Position numbers and translations under genes: made by a program. Of a DNA stretch of 64,000 nt, positions 35,101-47,876 are shown piece by piece. Origin of the DNA: Botryllus schlosseri (lineage: Eukaryota); contig CM119384.1 in NCBI GenBank assembly GCA_051294905.1, positions 23,250,001-23,314,000 of the forward strand, written 5' to 3'. Each line of letters begins with the position of its first letter. Within the stretch, counting starts at the first letter, position 1. The notes beneath the pieces were generated by a model. The model searched no databases, was not told the origin of the DNA, and saw only the letters and a program-made list of their open reading frames with translations.

Positions 35101-37406
35101 TTTCGCTTCCACAAATCCGTAGTTGGTCAATATCAGCAACCCTAGATAGGATATTAAAGGTGACGAACCGTCTATTTAGCAGACTGTATGTTTCTTCCCA
35201 CGAGCTTTCGAGTATATCATTGACCTGATTGTCCTGTTGCGTTTTTAGATGGTAGTGATACTTTGAGCATTTCAACGCATGTTTATTTTTCAAAGGCATG
35301 TCATTGCATTCGGCCTCTAGGACGCATATCGGAGTGCTTCTCATAGCCCCAGTGCATATTCTGAGTGCCTGGTTACGAAATGTCTCGATTTTTGTTAGAT
35401 GCGTCTTGGGGGGCGAAAAAGTAAGCTTCCATACCATATTCTAAGACAGATCTAATAAGAGTTTTATATATAACTAACGGGGTTTCTTTACATGCGCCCC
35501 ACGATGTGCCACAAAGCATTCGCATAAAGTTAATTCTCTTCATACATTTGTCAGCGATATAGGTGATATGACGTTGATAAGTCAGTTTACTGTCAAAATA
35601 GATACCGAGGTATTTGAAAGAGTTCACAAACCGTATTGAATTTTCCCCCACATAGATCTCGGGCATTGTGTATTTTCTTTTCTTCGTGAATAAGATGGCC
35701 TCTGTTTTTTCGACAGATATGATAAATCCCCATTTTTCGCACCATCTTTGAATCTTGTTGAGGTCATCCTGTATTCGGTTCTTGAGATCCAGTACCTTTA
35801 GCGACGTCTCTCAGATAACACAGTCGTCTGCGTATAAACCAAATTGACAAAGCAATGTTGAGGGTAAGTCATTAATCATTATTGAAAACAAAATTGGACT
35901 AATTACACTCCCCTGCGGTATGCCATTCTCTAATATATACCTTTCGGATAGACTCGCGCCTACCCGCACTTGAAATGTCCTGTTTTGGAGAAAATTTGCT
36001 ATCCATGACAACATGTAACCGGCGACACCCATACATTTCAGTTTGAAGACATCTGCTTCCCGCCAGACCATATCATAAGCGCGCTGTATGTCGAGGAATA
36101 CTGCGAGTACGAATCTTCCATTATTGATAGCTTTGTATATATCATCGTGCAGCCGCATTACATTGTCCAGTGCTCGTCTTCCTCGTCTGAAACCACATAG
36201 TGAAGAACAAACTGTTGAATTCGTCGCAAAGTGCCAATTAAGTCTAGTCGTTATCATGGTTTCTATTATTTTGCAAAAGTGACTGGTCAAGGAAATCGGT
36301 CTGTATGAATTGGGCGACGACACATCCTTATTCTGTTTCGGTATAGGGATAACTATGGAATGCTTCCAGTCTTGCGGTATATCCCCTCTTGTCCATGAAA
36401 GGTTGATAATATTCAGCATATTTTTCAGTCCTCCAGAAGGAAGGTGTTTGAACATTGAATAACACAAGATATCTGCTCCAGGTGACGCATTCTTTTTTCC
36501 GTTTATCGCGATCAACAACTCCTTCATGGTAAATAAATCATTAAGCTTGTCGTTGCTTTCGGTATTTCTGGTACATTGTGGTACTACCAGTGGGATACTG
36601 CGTGTAAACGCTGGCGACAAATTACTGGAACTGCTTACTTTTTGGAAAGTCCGTGCAAGAACATCGGCTTTCTGTTTGCTTTCCGTGATATTCCTACCAT
36701 CAATCTTCAACGTTGCTACTGACGTGTTATTCGATTTATCAGAGAGAGATTTAACAACCCTCCCTACCTGTTGGAAATTGGCTTTATTACCGAGATTATC
36801 GCAATACGAAGTCCATGATTCCCGTTTGCATGCTAAAATTGTTCTTCTGCACTCGGATCTCATTTTCTTGAACTGTATTATGTCAGTAGGATTGAAGGAT
36901 CTTTTCATTTTGAGAAACGCAGCTTTCTTCCTTCGGACTGCCCTGGCACATTTGTCATTCCACCATGATTTCGGTGCCTTCCTATAGCTTCGCGTCATTG
37001 GAATTGAGAGGCTTGCTGCATGCACAATCCTCTCCGAGAAATCCGCTACCGCTTCATCAACGGAACGTTGATGTACGTTCTATTTTGGATAGGAGCGCAG
37101 AACAGATTTCAAGACCTTGCCATCCAAGCACTAGTAGACGTTCTCGTACGAAACCCAACAACTTGTCTGGCCGAGAAGGGTTTTAGTGAAATAGTTGATA
37201 TCAAAACGAGCGAAAGAAGTTTCCTTTTTAATGAGACACTTGATAGCTTAAGCTACATAGTAGCCGATTTGTTGCACATCTGAACGAAATGTTGTTAAGT
37301 ATCTTCATCTTCTTTTTTGTACAACGATTTTCGGTTAGTTTGTGCGAATGAAATTTATTTTGCAAAAAAAAGTGCGAATGTAGCTCAAAAAGGTTAAAAA
37401 GCACTG
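32190..37406. mobile_element. hAT-type element expanded to 5.2 kb by an internal LINE
   Basis: Termini CATTGTTTTTCAACC / GGTTAAAAAGCACTG; exact 8-bp TSD GGCTATAG; GTGCGAATG subterminal repeats at both ends. Confidence 0.75.
34167..37200 (-). mobile_element. 5'-truncated non-LTR retrotransposon, I/Nimb-like (RT + RNase H + CCHC), frameshifted
   Basis: SYRPISLTSHFCK, FLDIQRAYD, GIPQGSVISP, YADD; RNase H IFTDGSK...SAELIAI...ILSDC...WIPAHCGIQHNEIAD; C-terminal LRSGH...ETVDHYLIDC. Confidence 0.88.
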
Positions 37407-38884
37407 GGCTATAGCATACAAGTTTTACCAGCCCTAGACCTCAAAAAGGTTGACAACCACTGGCCTATGCTAAATAACACACTACAATATTTACAGAGAT
37501 TGATCCTTGATTGAATGAATAACCAATTAGTGTCCAGTCAGAATGAGGCCTGCTAACATTTTGTACTTCATACACAAGTCTGGGGGTAGTGAGAGAGATG
37601 TTGCGATTTCTCAGGCAAGGGATAAATCACATGGATAAGGTACCATTCTAGGGTGTGAAGCAAAGACGACGACACACCTCAGTCGGTCACGTCTCAATAA
37701 TTGATAAACCTAAACGCTAACCCTAATAGCTCGAGTCACCGATACACACCAACCGAATTTCATCATCCCCTGTTTTGTACCGCTGGCTGGTGGTTGTGGC
37801 CCTCGGGAAACACATTTTGCGTGTTGTTTTACGCAAGTAACCTAATATTTTACCTCTTTTCCTCTGGTTTGTCCCCACTCAAACCATTCCACGTGATGAC
37901 AGATTTATGACCTTTTCCTGTAGGTACAAATAATTCATTGATACTACTGCACTGCAAGAGTACAACTATACGATGAGTTCGTTTTAATTACCATCACGCC
38001 CTCGGATGTTTATGTTGGCGCCTTTCACTAACTGCCCGTAATCGTATACTTCTTTACCCGTGCCACTTTGTTGTAGCGCTACTTGAAGCAGCTAAACAGA
38101 TGTTGGTTAGTATAACATATGATAACAAAATAACTGAAGAACAAAAATACACGGTCTCATAAACTCCGGACTAATGTGAGCAGCACAAAACATCCTATAG
38201 TAATTTTGTCGAATCTGCCATATAGTTTTTATACAACTGCTCATTTTTAAAATACCGTGACAGTCAAGTATTCCATTTGCCAGCACTAAATGGGACGAGT
38301 TTGATTTGGAAATATAATCAACTTTAATGGCGCAAGTGCGCTCCATCTCATAAACGCATCTCAGTGCTATCCAACCCATGATCGTTAACGAGGGCCCGTG
38401 TTATCGATAAGATCTCGATCAATTTCAACTTCTTCGCCTTTGGTGTTGTCCTTATCTGACCTACTGACCATATGCACGCTTCAGTATCCCCAAGACAACT
38501 TCAATACCTGGTCGATGTCGTTTTCATCGATGCACGATTCATCACTCTTTTCACTACCAGGTTTCAGCAAATCTTTCACCAATTTCGCTTGTTTGATCGA
38601 CGTTGTGATATCGCCCAGTCCATCATACTCGCTTCCGTCATGGACCGCGATAGCTTATGCGAAGTTTATTACAAAGATTAAAATATAAATTGCCGCGAGG
38701 GCACACCAGCAACACAACAACAAAAAGTCGACCTCTCTCTCCACCTTTCCATCAGATCTACCAGCCAATTGTGCACGTCCCTCCGCATCGACTCCAATTA
38801 ACACGTATGCAATCAATCAACCCTTGAGTATCGCATGTGAGATTGATTGCTTACGTGTCGATAGGAGTCTAGGCTGAGGGATGA

Positions 38885-41800
38885 TAGAGAGAGAAAGAGA
38901 GATATATTTCTTCGTCAACCGGAATAAACAGAAAGAGTATGCAAAGAAAAAAAATACTCATAACAAAACAAAAAACACACAGTAATAATAGCGTGTAACT
39001 GGCTCTATAACGGTATAGACGGGTGCCGGCGATATGGTCCTTACGATCTTCATGTCAAGCCGGAACCTAGGAGATTAGAAACAAGTATATGGAATAGATA
39101 CATACACTCATGCTTACTAGTTATGGTGGTTTGTAAAAAAAAAAAAAAAAATAGAAAAACAACAACGAAATACATAGTGGATGCCTTGATGCAATAGTAA
39201 ATGGGGAATACATCCGATAGCGATTAGTACTTACTGAGAAGTAAGTCAAGGAACTCCGCCTTGAATGACGGAAAACTAATACTTTTCAGTCGCGGGGGCA
39301 ATTTATTCCACACATCGATTCCAGCACGCTTCAAGGGAGGAAAAGCATTATCGGAATTAGACATAAATAGGTTGGAAGAGCTCTTAGATCGAGTTCCGTA
39401 GCTGTGTATATGCATGCAGCATTCAAAGTAGTTTACAAGTGAATTTAGAACTTCTTGTTTGTTAAACTTATACATGAACTTTGCTAATTCAAAAATATAT
39501 ATGTCTTCAACTTTAAGAATGCGAAGTTTCGTATAATCTGGAGATAAGCGATGATAGATGGTCAGTCCAGCAATGGCCCGAATGGCTTTATTCTGCAGTA
39601 CTTGCAGTGCTTTCAAAATAGTTAGGGTTGCAGATCCCCACATAATATTACCATATTGCAAATGGCAGTGAACGATGGAGAAATAAAGACTTCTGAGCAT
39701 GGGCCTAGGAACAATTCTATTTAGTCGCCACAAGACACCAGTATTGCGAGAGATCTGGACGAAACATGACTTATATGGGTATTTCAACTGAGGTCATGGT
39801 CAATAAGAATTCTTAGATATTTCATTGTTTTGCAAAAGCACATCGCTTGACCAGTCATAATTAATTTGGGATTAGTATTGGAGAGTTCTTTTCTCCTTTT
39901 TTCTTTGCCTATTGGTAATACTTGGCTCTTAGTAGCATTAATGGACAATTTGTTACATGTGAGCCAGCTGCTGATAAGTTCAAGTAGGTTGTCAGTTCAT
40001 GTCAACAGATTTTGACTATTGGATGAGGATAGCAGTATGTGCGTGTCATCTGCAAAAAGGGTAGTGGCGAATTGTGAACAGGCAATTATATCATTAATAT
40101 ACAATAGAAACAAAGTTGGCCCCGAAATTGACCCCTGTGGTATACCGCAGGAGACAGTACAATAGTCAGATTTCTCTTGACCGATGACGGTATATTAGGG
40201 TTGTCCATAATTTGGAAAATCTCAAAAAAGATGCGTATCCATGCCTAATTCTGTAGAATATTGATAAAAAAAACATCAATGAACCTGCAATAAGCTCACG
40301 GGAAAGTCGTTAACATTTGTCTAAATACGTTTGAAAGTAGCTGCCGTAGAGTGGGCGTGTTAGCGACCATAGAACGGCGAGAAGACTAGTAATAACGAAA
40401 TCACGTCTCTTGATTGGTTAATCAGCAACGCTTGAATGGTCACGACCACGGCGGCTTGCTGATTATGTGCTTATACTAGTTCGAGAAGTTCGCTAACGGC
40501 AATGATTCTGTAAGCGCATTGTACGTTGGTGATTTAATAAAATGAGACATCTGGTCATTGAATGTTTTAGTGTTAAAACTAGGTACCGATAGCTTTAGTG
40601 CAACAATAGCCTATTGCAGGCATGACAGAGGTGAAACAGCGAATGATTGTGAACTCATAGAAGTAAGTATAGATACCAGAAATAGCCTATATATCTGATA
40701 TGCTTGAGATTACACCAAGTGGTCCTGTTTTCTGGGTGCAGGTAAGGCATATTAGACATCGCCGAACTGGTGCGGCATACTATGTGATATAGTTTCTGGA
40801 CACAATCCTGTATGCTCAGAAGATATGTGGGCCGACCAGGTAGCTTATATTGGATTTCTGAATAAGAATCTAACTACCACACCGCTTCAATACATCCTTT
40901 TTGTGTCCATGTCTGGTTTGATTCAAGAATTAGTAGTGATGCAGCCGGCAATGATCTAAGATTCATTAAGGACATGCTAAGCAATGCAAGCAACCTGTCT
41001 TTTTGCTGGTCCTACCAGCATAGTCTGTGCTTATCTTTAGACCTCTTTTCGCGGCATCATTGAGGACTTTGACAGCACTTGCGGGTATGATTCATTATGC
41101 AGCAATAATCTGACAAGTGCCAAGCATAAATGACAGATTCATCCAGCCCTTACAGCATTCAAGACTTCAATTATATACCACGACATCAGCCTAATAAGAT
41201 CAGACAAAGTAGTGTCAATGTCAAGCTTTATATTTGTATTCAATGATGGTACATCCCCTCTGAAACTAGAAATTCGTTTGCCACTTGCATAAGCGCCTTT
41301 GCAATATTTTTCCGCTTGTTTTTGTGCTTTCCATCAATGAAATCAAGGCATACGGGCTACAACGGTTACCTTCACAATAAGCCATCCAGTCATGTATTTA
41401 AAGATATTGTGAAGCAGCTGTTCTTTGTTCATCACGTGCTTCGTTACTCAACATGTTCTGAATTAATCCTAAATCATTATTGGCGGACCAACCTACAATG
41501 CGCTTACAGAATCACCACCGTTAGCCGACACCTTGACCAGCTGATCAACAAGCCGCCATTGTCGTGATCATTGAAGCGTAACAGATTAGCTAATCAAACG
41601 CCGTGATTTCGTGATTGCTAGTCTGCTCGCCGTTCTATGGTCGCTGACACGCCCACTCTACGGCAGCTACTTTCAAACGCATTTAGACAAATGTTAACGA
41701 CTTTCCCGTGAGCTTATTGCAGGTTCATAGACGTTTTTTAACTATAATCTATAGAATGAGACATGGATACAGATAAAATTTGAGATTTTCCAAATTATGG

Positions 41801-41993
41801 ACAACCCTACTGTATATTGCTGTCGGTCAGTAAGATAACTACGAAATATTTCGAGGGCAGTACCACGTACACCATTACATTCTAGCTTATCAATTAGTAA
41901 TGAATGGTCGACAGTATCAAATGCCTTCTTGAGGTCAAGCGAGATAGCCACACCATAACTGTTGGTTGATTGTACATCGTAGTATCCTGTCAT
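38885..41993 (-). mobile_element. 5'-truncated CR1/L2-group LINE, RT split by a DNA transposon
   Basis: SLDLKKAFDTVDH (41742-41993), GIPQGSISGPTLFLLYIND and FADD (~40050-40190), C-terminal LQYGNIMWG...LQNKAIR (39224-39787); simple-repeat tail near 38885. Confidence 0.82.
40196..41809. mobile_element. Non-autonomous DNA transposon with long (~250-bp) imperfect TIRs
   Basis: Terminal TAGGGTTGTCCATAATTTGGAAAATCTCAAA and its reverse complement; internal inverted match 40262-40450 vs 41560-41740; flanks CGGTATAT/CTGTATAT (8-bp TSD, 7/8). Confidence 0.85.
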
Positions 41994-42485
41994 TATGTGT
42001 ACAATGATCGTGCCTAATTACCTGCAGCCCGTGATGGCCGATATCGGCGTATCATCACAAATCGTATGTATTTAGTTGAGTGTCTCTTGACCTTCGCGTA
42101 ATCTCTGAGACTTACTCGAGGAATCTCTTGTGAAACACCGGTTTAGAACCACATGGCCTAAATTAAAAACACATTACTGTTTGACATTGTATAAAAGCGA
42201 TAACGTGGTTTCGCCAACTCACATGCGATGTCTGTTCAGGTTCATATTGTGAATCCAGTTGAGAGCGGAAGCATCTGTTATCCCCATCTGTCTCACGGGC
42301 AAGGTAATATATGTTTGGAATTATGTGACCGAACTGCTATAAATGTTTCATAGTGTTCATTAATTCATTTCATCCCGTGTATATTCGTTCTAACGGTAAT
42401 ATGTATATCGGCCTACATGTTACCTGAATTTCTATATTGCCATCGACACGCGTACATTTTCTTTTATTGGGATTTTCTCCGCTGT

Positions 42486-42570
42486 CGTAGCGTACGAGGG
42501 GCGCATCTGGGTTATTGGTGGCAAGACTGCCGGAGAGCCTACCAATCCCGTTGCAATCACTGAGCTATAT
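42486..42570 (+). pseudogene. Kelch-repeat-like fragment
   Basis: VVAYEGRIWVIGGKTAGEPTNPVAITELY fits the Kelch v..g.IyviGG...E.Y pattern. Confidence 0.5.
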
Positions 42571-42616
42571 AAACACTGGAGTGCGCTACTCGCGATATTT
42601 ACGTTGTTACTAGAAA

Positions 42617-45600
42617 CAGTTGCATTGTGGGGAATAGGCTGGACGATTTAGTGCATGAGCATATGGAAAAACGTCCAGTTTTAAAATATATTTGATTCGT
42701 ATTGGGTTTGTAGTATTTTATACGAATGGAGCTTTGAATGAATAATCATCGTAACATTCAGGATTTGTTTCAGCCCAATATCTCGTGTTTATATCTGTGT
42801 TATCTGTGTATTTCGTCATGTCGAAGATATAAGTGGTTTCGATTGTTCGTGGTAAAATAAGGTTGTCTATATGTCATCGTATGTATTTTTTTGTGGTTAT
42901 ATTCCTGATGTAGATTGCTTTACTCGTTGTATCCAGCATATTTTACGTGTACAGAAATAACCAAGCTGTCAAAAGATGTATAATGCCAATTCAATTATCT
43001 TTCAGATATATGTATCTATAGGAAGTAAAAGCATCTACAATTGCCAGCTTGAAGTTATTATCGGAGCGTGCCTCAGAATTACCTATCCTGGATTCAAAAT
43101 CTTCATACTGCAATGGAGCTGATGTGAATGCTGTAACTGCCAGCTACGTGGTGGCTGTGAATATTGCTGATGGAGAAAATTCAGCATCATGGGACACATC
43201 AAAAGGCACTGCTGAAATCAATTGAATGCCATTGTAGTTATTCTACGTATTTATTGGTTCAGCGTATTTGAATAAATCCAAAAAAGAGAAAGTAAAGATA
43301 TGTCTGCTATGTGTAGCGATGGGGTAGTAATTTCTGTAGAAGTGACTGAATGAGTTCATTGAATGAGAGAAACAAGAAATGCATGGGTCCTTATTCAGAT
43401 GTAGCTAGAATTGCCAAATTCACAGTGAAATTGAGGCTATGTTAGTTACAGCAATCTGTGCACTGTGGGAGTTCATAATAAATATTAATTTTATCGAATC
43501 AATATGGCACAAGATACAATCCAAATGGCGTACATGTATTTGATCATAATTACAGCTATAGCTACCCATATACGTGTGTACATGAAGCTTGGCTCGTTTT
43601 GCACTTTCATGAAACCAGAAATTAGATTAGATACAAAACTAACTGGAGATGTGAACATTTCAACTCAGTTTTTCTGCCCACGATACTTGCCTACCCTACT
43701 AGATGAAGCACTCGAACCTGGCTTTAGATCAACCATTCCTGCGGTCACACGCAATAACGCGCTGTACTGCCTCGTCACACGAAAAACCGCGCTGTACTGT
43801 CTCGTACCAAAATGCTGAACTTTCGTTTTCAGAAACACCAGCTTCGGTTATGAGAAACGAATTTTTCTATTAAAAATAAAAACAAAAATAAATTAATTAA
43901 TTGTTATCGACTTTACGTCGCCTTTGGCGTAATTAACGGTGATTTGAAAGTCAACTGTGGGATAAGTTAGGGCTTAATATCTGCGAACGAGGTATAATAA
44001 ACGAACCGATTCTGATCTTAGTTCCAATTTAATGGAATTTCTTCTCTTCTTACGCAGCACAGGCACAGTCACATTGAAGGCCACCCCACTGCGGGGCCTA
44101 CGACGTCGTTTTGGGGCACTGTTCAAGATAAATGAACTAACATATGAGAAATTGTTCACTTGAAAGACACATTGATCGACATACCTTGATGTCACGACTA
44201 GGGCTGGGCACAATGATTCGAGTACTCGAATCTGAATCGAGTATTAATTTTAATGATTCGAGTCGAGTAGTAAAAAATGATTTTTTCGAGTACTGAAATT
44301 AAACGCGACTCGCCACTGAAAGTTAATTTAGCAACGAGAATTATAGTTTCGAATCTAATTTTCACTGTTGAGCCTTGAAACCTTGATTGGCCGTATCGTA
44401 GCATACGAAACATAGTACAAAGCAACGAACATTACTGGAAATAGCACATTTCCGAAGTCATGGTCATCCCACAGCATTGTCAGCAAGTGCAATGAAATTA
44501 GTAAGATCAAACCCAAGTATCTTTAATGTGATGGATAACAGGCATTATATTCTTTGTGGTGGCATTAAAGGTACATATTTGAATTTTAATGTATTGCATT
44601 CTGCTATTACGTCATAATGAGAGATACTCGATTACTCGACTCGACTCGAAGCATATTACGTGATTCAGAATCGAATCACTCAGGTACTCGATTTTGCCCA
44701 GCCTAGTCACGACAACGTTTTTATACCAAAATGCGTATAAAATAGTAAAGAAAGTGTGTTAGCCGGTGTCTTCTACGGGTTTGAAGTATGTGTTGGCTAG
44801 ACTTGCTCATCCTTGCTCCCTTCTTTGTTTTCTTATTATCTGTAAAGATACCAAAAACGGTTAGTACAGAATTACAATAATGAAAATTCTACGGCATACG
44901 AAGAAAGTGGCCTCACCTCATTCAGTGGGTTAGCCGGTGTCTTCCGTGGGTTTGAAGTAAGAGTTGGGTATGTAAATATTCTCTCTGGCAACGCAGGGTT
45001 GACTTCACAGCTTAGCGATGGTCGATTCCAGAACCTTTGAATGGAAAAGAAAACAGCCACGAGCAAGTATGGAATAAAGCGATAGGTACATCTGTGTACA
45101 AGAGCACATATCATATAAAGTATATATTCACAGTTTACCGCTAAAGGTATAGAATTATTACTCAACTATGCTGGACAAAACCGTGTGGCCCCTCAATTAT
45201 AATTTTCCTTCTAGTCCTACCTCCAACCTTCACGACAATTTTAAGCAAGGATTGAGTACTAAGCTAGTTATCGGCTGAACTGCCCATACAGAATACAAAC
45301 AAAGACCTGGCTGGTCATGCTATTACAGGTATACTGATGAACTGACATGGTGCTGAGACTGCTGATATAGTCTGCTCTGATCATACCAACATCCATATAC
45401 TTGTGACAAAATGTTCTGGTATAATGACACTTTGACATGGCCTATTCATTAATGCTGTGGCTTATCTGGACATTGATTGACTGTGATGGTCAGGAGATAT
45501 TAAAAATAGAAACTGATTCTTCAAAGATAGTCTTGCTGCCCTGCATATTCTGCCATTCACTCACCGGTGAAATGTTCTTGGATGCCGACGCTTTACCAAA

Positions 45601-45928
45601 GACTCTTCATCGCTACTACCATCGCTATTACTTCTCATATATGACTCCGTGGATATCTTTTTCTGCCGTTTACTGCACCCATAGGCGCAACAAACACTAT
45701 GCCACCAAAACGAGATGTCTTCGACATGTCGAAATACACAGATAACACAGATATAAACACGAGATATTGGGCTGAAACAAATCCTGAATGTTACGATGAT
45801 TATTCATTCAAAGCTCCATTCGTATAAAATACTACAAACCCAATACGAATCAAATATATTTTAAAACTGGACGTTTTTCCAAAAGCGCCTGTACTAAGTC
45901 GTCCAGCCTATTCCCCACAATGCAACTG
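42617..45928 (-). mobile_element. Inverted-repeat-bounded element with THAP-domain remnant
   Basis: ~210-bp inverted repeat 42617-42828 vs 45717-45928; minus strand 45560-45700 reads SVCCAYGCSKRQKK...RTFHR followed by a GTGAGT donor, and ~45410 reads EHFV (THAP motifs); no TSD resolved. Confidence 0.55.
44199..44705. mobile_element. hAT-type MITE rich in ACTCGA repeats
   Basis: TIR TAGGGCTGGGCA...TGCCCAGCCTA; exact 8-bp TSD GTCACGAC. Confidence 0.85.
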
Positions 45929-45959
45929 TAACATGGTGACAACGCAAATTTGCTTAGCC

Positions 45960-46117
45960 GGAGATGGCAGTAGTTCGGGGCTTGGTTGCAATATACAATC
46001 CTAAGAAAGAAAAGTTGAAGAATGGACCCAAACTTAAAATCAAGAGATATTCATTATGTGCGGTTGTGGTGAACGGGGCCATTTATGCGGTAGGATGAGT
46101 CGGCAAAAATGGAGGTA
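45960..46117 (+). pseudogene. Kelch-repeat pseudo-exon
   Basis: LVAIYNPKKEKLKNGPKLKIKRYSLCAVVVNGAIYAVG*VGKNG then a GTATGT donor; the second G of the Kelch GG is TGA. Confidence 0.65.
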
Positions 46118-47000
46118 TGTCCTGATCTTGAACAATTATGTGATTTGGTTTCCGATTTCACTGTTTTGCTTCATTATCGTTTCATTTGTTACGATTGTAG
46201 CTTGATAAACGAAGTTATAAGTTGTGGACTTCTACATAATACAGTCTTCACCGTACCGATATATAAACCAACGGTATAGCATAATGGTACAACGTCCTGC
46301 TTCTTGATCGATAGAGGTCGTGAGTCGAATAGAGGTCGTGAGACCTGAAAAATTTGAACGCACGCAGTTAGGTGCAAATCATTCATAAATTCGGTCTAGA
46401 GCAGTGGTTCTCAACGTTTTTGTCTTCGCGGACCCCTTTTGTACCGTGATAGACCCCGCGAACCCCCGCAAGTTTTAAGTCAAATTTAGCTCAATTATCG
46501 TGCAACCGTCATCTTTCTTGTGCGAATATCAATTATAGGATAGTGATAAACAGCAACAAAATGACCGTTCTGGAAAACAATATCATCCTATGATATGCAA
46601 TGTTCCCTCTAAGCTGCGCACGTGGGCAAATGCGCAGTGCTGACACGGTCTCTGCGCACAGAAAATCAAAGCTGCGCACAAAAAATCCGAAGTGATGTCC
46701 TTTTTTTAGTCGTTATGAGTAGTTAGGTAAATGGGCGGAATGTGCGCATGCAAGGATTATAAAAAACAAACAAACATTATCAATATAATAAACAGTGAAA
46801 CAATTAGCTCATTCTCAATTTTGCAGCAATACTTTTATGACCCTGTGTGCGGCAATTAAAAAAGGGGAATAATTAACGATAGAGAGAAAACGAACAAAGA
46901 ATCTGGATTGACCTTTGTACTCGGACTTGAGTAAATCTACTTGTACTTTTCCACTCCTGATTCTACCTCGCCTCTGGACACGAGACTTGTGTATTATTTT

Positions 47001-47288
47001 TTATATTTTCCCTCGCACAACAATGGATTGACTTTTAATTTCAATGGTGTGCACGCCGACGAATCGGTATAGTTCTCCGGTCTTGACTTGTCGTTCCGCG
47101 GTGGGTTGATTAATCCAACTGCGTGTAAACACGATGGGATCTGGAAATATTTGTCCGTCAAACATGACGTCAGTATAGTATTTGTTCCTTCGGATCCGTA
47201 TGTGAGATCCCGGATCGTGATTTAGGTGGATTGTCAACGCGTTCGGCCAGACGAAACGATGTAAGGTGACGATTCTGGTCTGCGTCAT
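47001..47288 (-). CDS. Hypothetical 95-aa ORF near the Polinton left end
   Basis: ATG-initiated ORF, same strand as the viral genes; no motif recognised. Confidence 0.3.
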   Translation of the reverse strand: MTQTRIVTLHRFVWPNALTIHLNHDPGSHIRIRRNKYYTDVMFDGQIFPDPIVFTRSWINQPTAERQVKTGELYRFVGVHTIEIKSQSIVVRGKI

Positions 47289-47429
47289 ACTGTCGTAGTT
47301 GACCTCTTTTTGCTCCCTGGATAGTAGCGATCTTTACGACGACTCCCGAGCGCTCGTAAAAAAGAGTAGAACGTATGCTGTACAAGGTTTATTGAACATA
47401 CACAATCTGAAAATACAAGTCACGAGCGT

Positions 47430-47876
47430 TCACAAAGTAGATTTTTCTTTGTTTACAAAATCAAAAACGAGGCGATCATTCACACGTTTATCAGAACCAA
47501 AAGCATCTAAATAATCGAGGGTACCTACACCTTGACCTTTTCTAATTAGGAAAGCGATACAATGTTCGCCGCACACAAACGAACGTAAAGACTGTAATTG
47601 CACACTAGTGAAGGTATAATCGTCCGCGCCCAATAACCTATAGATCTCCTTCTTCAGAGGCGGAATCCCGAAAGAGTCGTGAAAGTGCGTGCCATCTTGA
47701 TCGGCGAAGATACAGATCCAATGCGAGCCGCCCTTCGCGTTAGGGTCGTAATTGATAACGACTGCGTACGGCTTAAGTAGCTTTGCTGGCAATAAATCGA
47801 TAGCGAAAGTCCCGGGAAATAAATCTCGCGTGTCGCGATGATTGAATAAAATATGATTAATTTGGTCGGTGTTCAT
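47430..47876 (-). CDS. Adenain-like (C5) maturation cysteine protease
   Basis: Starts MNTDQI at an ATGA overlap with the MCP stop; GGSHWICIF (His), FHDSFG (Asp), QLQSLRSFVCGEHC (Gln/Cys). Confidence 0.9.
   Translation of the reverse strand: MNTDQINHILFNHRDTRDLFPGTFAIDLLPAKLLKPYAVVINYDPNAKGGSHWICIFADQDGTHFHDSFGIPPLKKEIYRLLGADDYTFTSVQLQSLRSFVCGEHCIAFLIRKGQGVGTLDYLDAFGSDKRVNDRLVFDFVNKEKSTL

Noticed and set aside
40187-41818. 10-bp TSD (Mutator) reading of the TAGGG...CCCTA elements
   Set aside because: The outer bases match in only one of three related insertions; an 8-bp TSD with TA termini fits all three.
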